A stretch of DNA of 64,000 bases. Origin: Macrostomum lignano (Eukaryota). Made by a program: the position numbers and the translations under genes. The notes below the pieces were generated by a model. It worked only from the letters and a program-made list of their open reading frames with translations. It had not been told where the DNA came from and did not search any database. Position 1 is the first letter of the stretch; each line of letters opens with the position of its first letter. Below are positions 60,641-64,000 of the stretch, piece by piece. The stretch is from contig NIVC01003253.1 in assembly GCA_002269645.1 (NCBI GenBank), positions 1-64,000 of the forward strand, read 5' to 3'.

Positions 60641-62089
60641 TCAGTGCTTCTTCATCGCCTTCTTAATCAGCATCAACCGCTGCCGGTGCGCCTCAGTTGT
60701 CAACTGCTTCCGCGGAGCCCGCAACGCGCCGCCGCCGCCGCTCGGTCCGGTCTCGGCTGCGAAGCCGGGCACCTCGATGCCGTAGTGCCGCTCGACAACT
60801 AAAGCGACGTCTTTGGCCTCCAGCACCGAGGAGCCGCGGTGCTTGGCCAGCTGGCAGGCCTGGTGCGCCACGGCGTCAACAAAATCGTCGGCCAGCTCAA
60901 GCAGCAGGTCGGACACCTCGTCGTCAAGCAGCAGCGTCGGATCCAGCTGCTTGGCCAGGTCGGCCAGCTGGCGCGGCTCCACCTGCCTGCGGGTCGGGGT
61001 GGGGGTGAATGTGAGGTAACAGCTGGGGTGAATGTGAGGTGACAGCTGGGGTGAATGTGAGGTAACAGCTGGGGTGAATGTGAGGTGACAGCTGGGTGAA
61101 TGTGAGGTGACAGCTGGGGTGAATGTGAGGTGACAGCTGGGGTGAATGTGAGGTGACAGCTGGGGTGAATGTGAGGTGACAGCTGGGGTGAATGTGAGGT
61201 GACAGCTGGGGTGAATGTGAGGTGACAGCTGGGGTGAATGCGGGGTGACAGCTGGGGGTGAATGTGGTGACGGAGCTGGGGTGAATGTGGTGACGGAGCT
61301 GGGGTGAATGTGGTGACAAAGCTGGGGAGAATGTGGTGACAAAGCTGGGGAGAATGTGAAGTGACGGAGCTGGGGAGAATGTGAAGTGACGGAGCTGAGG
61401 AGAATGTGAAGTGACGGAGCTGGGAGAATGTGAAGTGACGGAGCTGAGGAGAATGTGAAGTGACGGAGCTGGGGTGACGGAGCTGCGGTAAAAGTGAGGT
61501 GACAGCAGGGGAGAGTGTGAGATGACAACTGGGGTGAATTTGAGATGACAGCTGGGGTGAATGTAGGGAGACAGTTGGGGTGGGTGAATGCGGTCAGAAA
61601 AGCAGGATTGGGCTGAGCTTTACTTGTTGGCATTGGCAGTGGCGGCCAGGCCGGTCGCAGAAGCGGCAGCGGGGGACGTAGCGGCGGGCGCGGCAATGAC
61701 GGTGGCGCCAGGAGGCGCGGTTGCAATATTTGTAGTAACTCGTTGAGGCTGCGATACGGACAGCTGACTGGTTGTAGCCAGATGGGTCTGCTGCTGCTGC
61801 TGCTGCTGCATCTGGGCGGCGCTGATCTGCGGCATGTAGTGCCCGTGAATGACCTGGGCGCTGTGGCCAGGGCCGCCTGCCGGAGCCAGCACAGTCACGG
61901 ACGGGGTTCCGCCGGAGACCGACACGGAGACTGGCACGGAGACGCCGCCTTGGACAGCTGAGGACAGTGGGATGCAGGTGGTCACCGTTTGATGCTGCTG
62001 CTGTTGAAGCATCCAACGCCACTAGTGGCACCGGAGACGGTCACGTAGGTTGTGGCGGTGGCCGGGCCCGCCGAGCTTTGGTTGAAGTT
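60641..62089 (-). CDS. TAF12: Transcription initiation factor TFIID subunit 12; exons ~62089-61624 (Q/T/A-rich, apparent frameshift near 62013) and 60986-60641 (histone fold)
   Basis: QLADLAKQLDP...LLDDEVSDLLLELADDFVDAVAHQACQLAKHRGSSVLEAKDVALVVERHYGIEVPGF...TEAHRQRLMLIKK matches the TAF12 histone fold; AA|GTAAAG donor and CGCAG|G acceptor in phase 2; true start uncertain. Confidence 0.9.
61002..61560. repeat. 23-bp minisatellite (gggtgaatgtgaggtgacagctg), TAF12 intron
   Basis: Begins ~14 nt from the acceptor and fills most of the intron. Confidence 0.94.
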
Positions 62090-62404
62090 CTGCAATCAAT
62101 TTGCAAACAGGACATAGATTCTTTCTGATTTACCTTGCAGATGACAACTATCAGGCAATTATCAATAATTAAGCTTGACTTCAAGAGCCAAAGACAGCTT
62201 AACAGCTTAGTACATTTGTCCGTTTTCATCTTGTTAAAAAAGTTTCACTTTCTACGAAACCAGTGAAGTGTACGCTTTCCGAATTCCCGATGCGGAAATC
62301 AACATACAATATTATCGTAGCGGGTGCTTTTGAAAGAACTAAATTTCAAAGTTAAAATCTCACCTAACTTCAAAACGCATAAATATCATCGGACTAAAAT
62401 TTAA

Positions 62405-63320
62405 TAAGACCTAAGCCTCACAATACCTAAACTTCACAAGACCTAAACTTACAAGACCAAACTTCACAAGACCTAAACTTCACAAGACCTAAACTTTACA
62501 AGACCAAACTTCACAAGACCTAAACCTCACAAGACCTAAACCTCACAAGACCTAAATTTCACAAGACCTAAACCTCACAAGACCTAAACTTCACAAGACC
62601 TAAACTTTACAAGACCAAACTTCACAAGACCTAAACCTCACAAGACCTAAACCTCACAAGACCTAAATTTCACAAGACCTAAACCTCAAAAGACCTAAAC
62701 CTCACAAGACCTAAACTTCACAAGACCTAAACTTCACCATACCTAAACTTCACAATACCTAAACTTTACAAGACCTAAGCCTCACAAGACCTAAACTTCA
62801 CAAGACCTAAACTTCACAAGACCTAAACTTTACAAGACCAAACTTCACAAGACTAAACCTCACAAGACCTAAACCTCACAAGACCTAAATTTCACAAGAC
62901 CTAAACCTCAAAAGACCTAAACCTCACAAGACCTAAACTTCACAAGACCTAAACTTTACAAGACCAAACTTCACAAGACCTAAACCTCACAAGACCTAAA
63001 CCTCACAAGACCTAAATTTCACAAGACCTAAACCTCAAAAGACCTAAACCTCACAAGACCTAAACTTCACAATACCTAAACTTCACAATACCTAAACTTT
63101 ACAAGACCTAAACTTCAAAAGACCTAAACTTCACAAGACCTAAACTTCACAAGACCTAAACTTCACAAGACCTAAACCTCACAATACCTAAACTTCACAG
63201 GACCTAAACCTCAAAAGACCTAAACCTCACAAGACCTAAACCTCACAAGACCTAAACCTCAAAAGACCTAAACCTCACAAGACCTAAACTTCACAGGACC
63301 TTAACTTCACAAGACTAACT
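62405..63320. repeat. 16-bp minisatellite (cacaagacctaaactt), upstream of TAF12
   Basis: About 57 copies. Confidence 0.96.
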
Positions 63321-64000
63321 TTTCGCAACACCTAAATCTCACAGGACATTCGAGAGCATTGGAGATTCGCGGTGATCCGGAGCTGATCTAATCTAGTTCA
63401 AAATGCTTAAATCAAAGAAAAAACTTCTGTATCTGAAAACTTAGAAATAAAATAAAATAATGAAAACTGCAAACAAGGGTCGAGTCAAATAGACATTGGC
63501 ACACGGCCTCAGCCACATGCTGATAGGTCGGTACGGGCATGCGGAATCAGATTTATGTATAATATATGAGTATAAGAGGCATCCCGAGAAAATACACTTA
63601 CCATTTTAATAAGTAAAAAAAGTGCATACTGTTTAAAAAAACAATTTGAAGCAATATAAAGATTACCAGTAATTACAGCCGCGTGTTAAATAACTATAGT
63701 GAAAACAATAGGCATTGTACAATAACTGTTGCAGGCAGCAAGTTTATAAAAAAACTTTGGCTAAGTAAATAATAAAAGTTCGAGTGTTAGCGCAGAGGTT
63801 AATCAGATCAAGAGAAATGCAAATTAGCATAGAGCCTGTATAATTAGTTACTATATAAATATAATATTGAATGGAAGACCCATACATACTACTCATAGAA
63901 GAACAATAGTAGTAAGAATAAAAGTAGTGAGCAGTAGTGGCATGGCGCAGATCCAAATATAGACAAAATGGGAAAATGGGAATAGAGTGGCAAATAATGA

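Noticed and set aside
60641-61726. The 361-aa ORF as full-length TAF12
   Set aside because: Its first ~245 codons read through the minisatellite-filled intron; GT-AG sites at 61623 and 60987 give a coherent spliced product.

Overview
This is eukaryotic animal genomic DNA, not prokaryotic. It has GC-rich coding exons, GT-AG introns and a very heavy load of tandem repeats. The pattern resembles a free-living flatworm such as Macrostomum, but the species is an inference I cannot confirm. Genes reconstructed by hand are: (1) the 5' part of a choline transporter-like SLC44 gene (minus, 4 exons 233-3123, three frameshifts in exon 4, runs off the window); (2) an intronless SLC16/MCT transporter (21391-23460 +); (3) an intronless secreted, basic ependymin-related protein (24106-24774 -); (4) a ~21-exon type IV diacylglycerol kinase (DGKzeta/iota, rdgA-like; 34366-58704 +) with two C1 domains, a MARCKS-like basic stretch, catalytic and accessory domains, ankyrin repeats and a C-terminal PDZ ligand ETTV; (5) an intronless FABP nested antisense in a DGK intron; (6) TAF12 (minus, 60641-~62089). 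Mobile DNA comprises an IS3EU-type TIR element with a 6-bp TSD, a 5'-inverted (twin-primed-like) RTE insertion with an 11-bp TSD, three copies of a non-autonomous Helitron (two joined head-to-tail at CTAG|TC) carrying two minisatellites and a tRNA-Ser-like cassette, and a TGT..ACA TIR element carrying a gag fragment. The most striking structural theme is that most larger introns carry their own unrelated minisatellite, often starting at or near a splice site. In two cases the repeat unit contains the exon end plus the 5' splice site, giving ~19-24 tandem donor copies. Most long ORFs in the ORF track are repeat artefacts. All coordinates were read by hand and may be off by a few bases.
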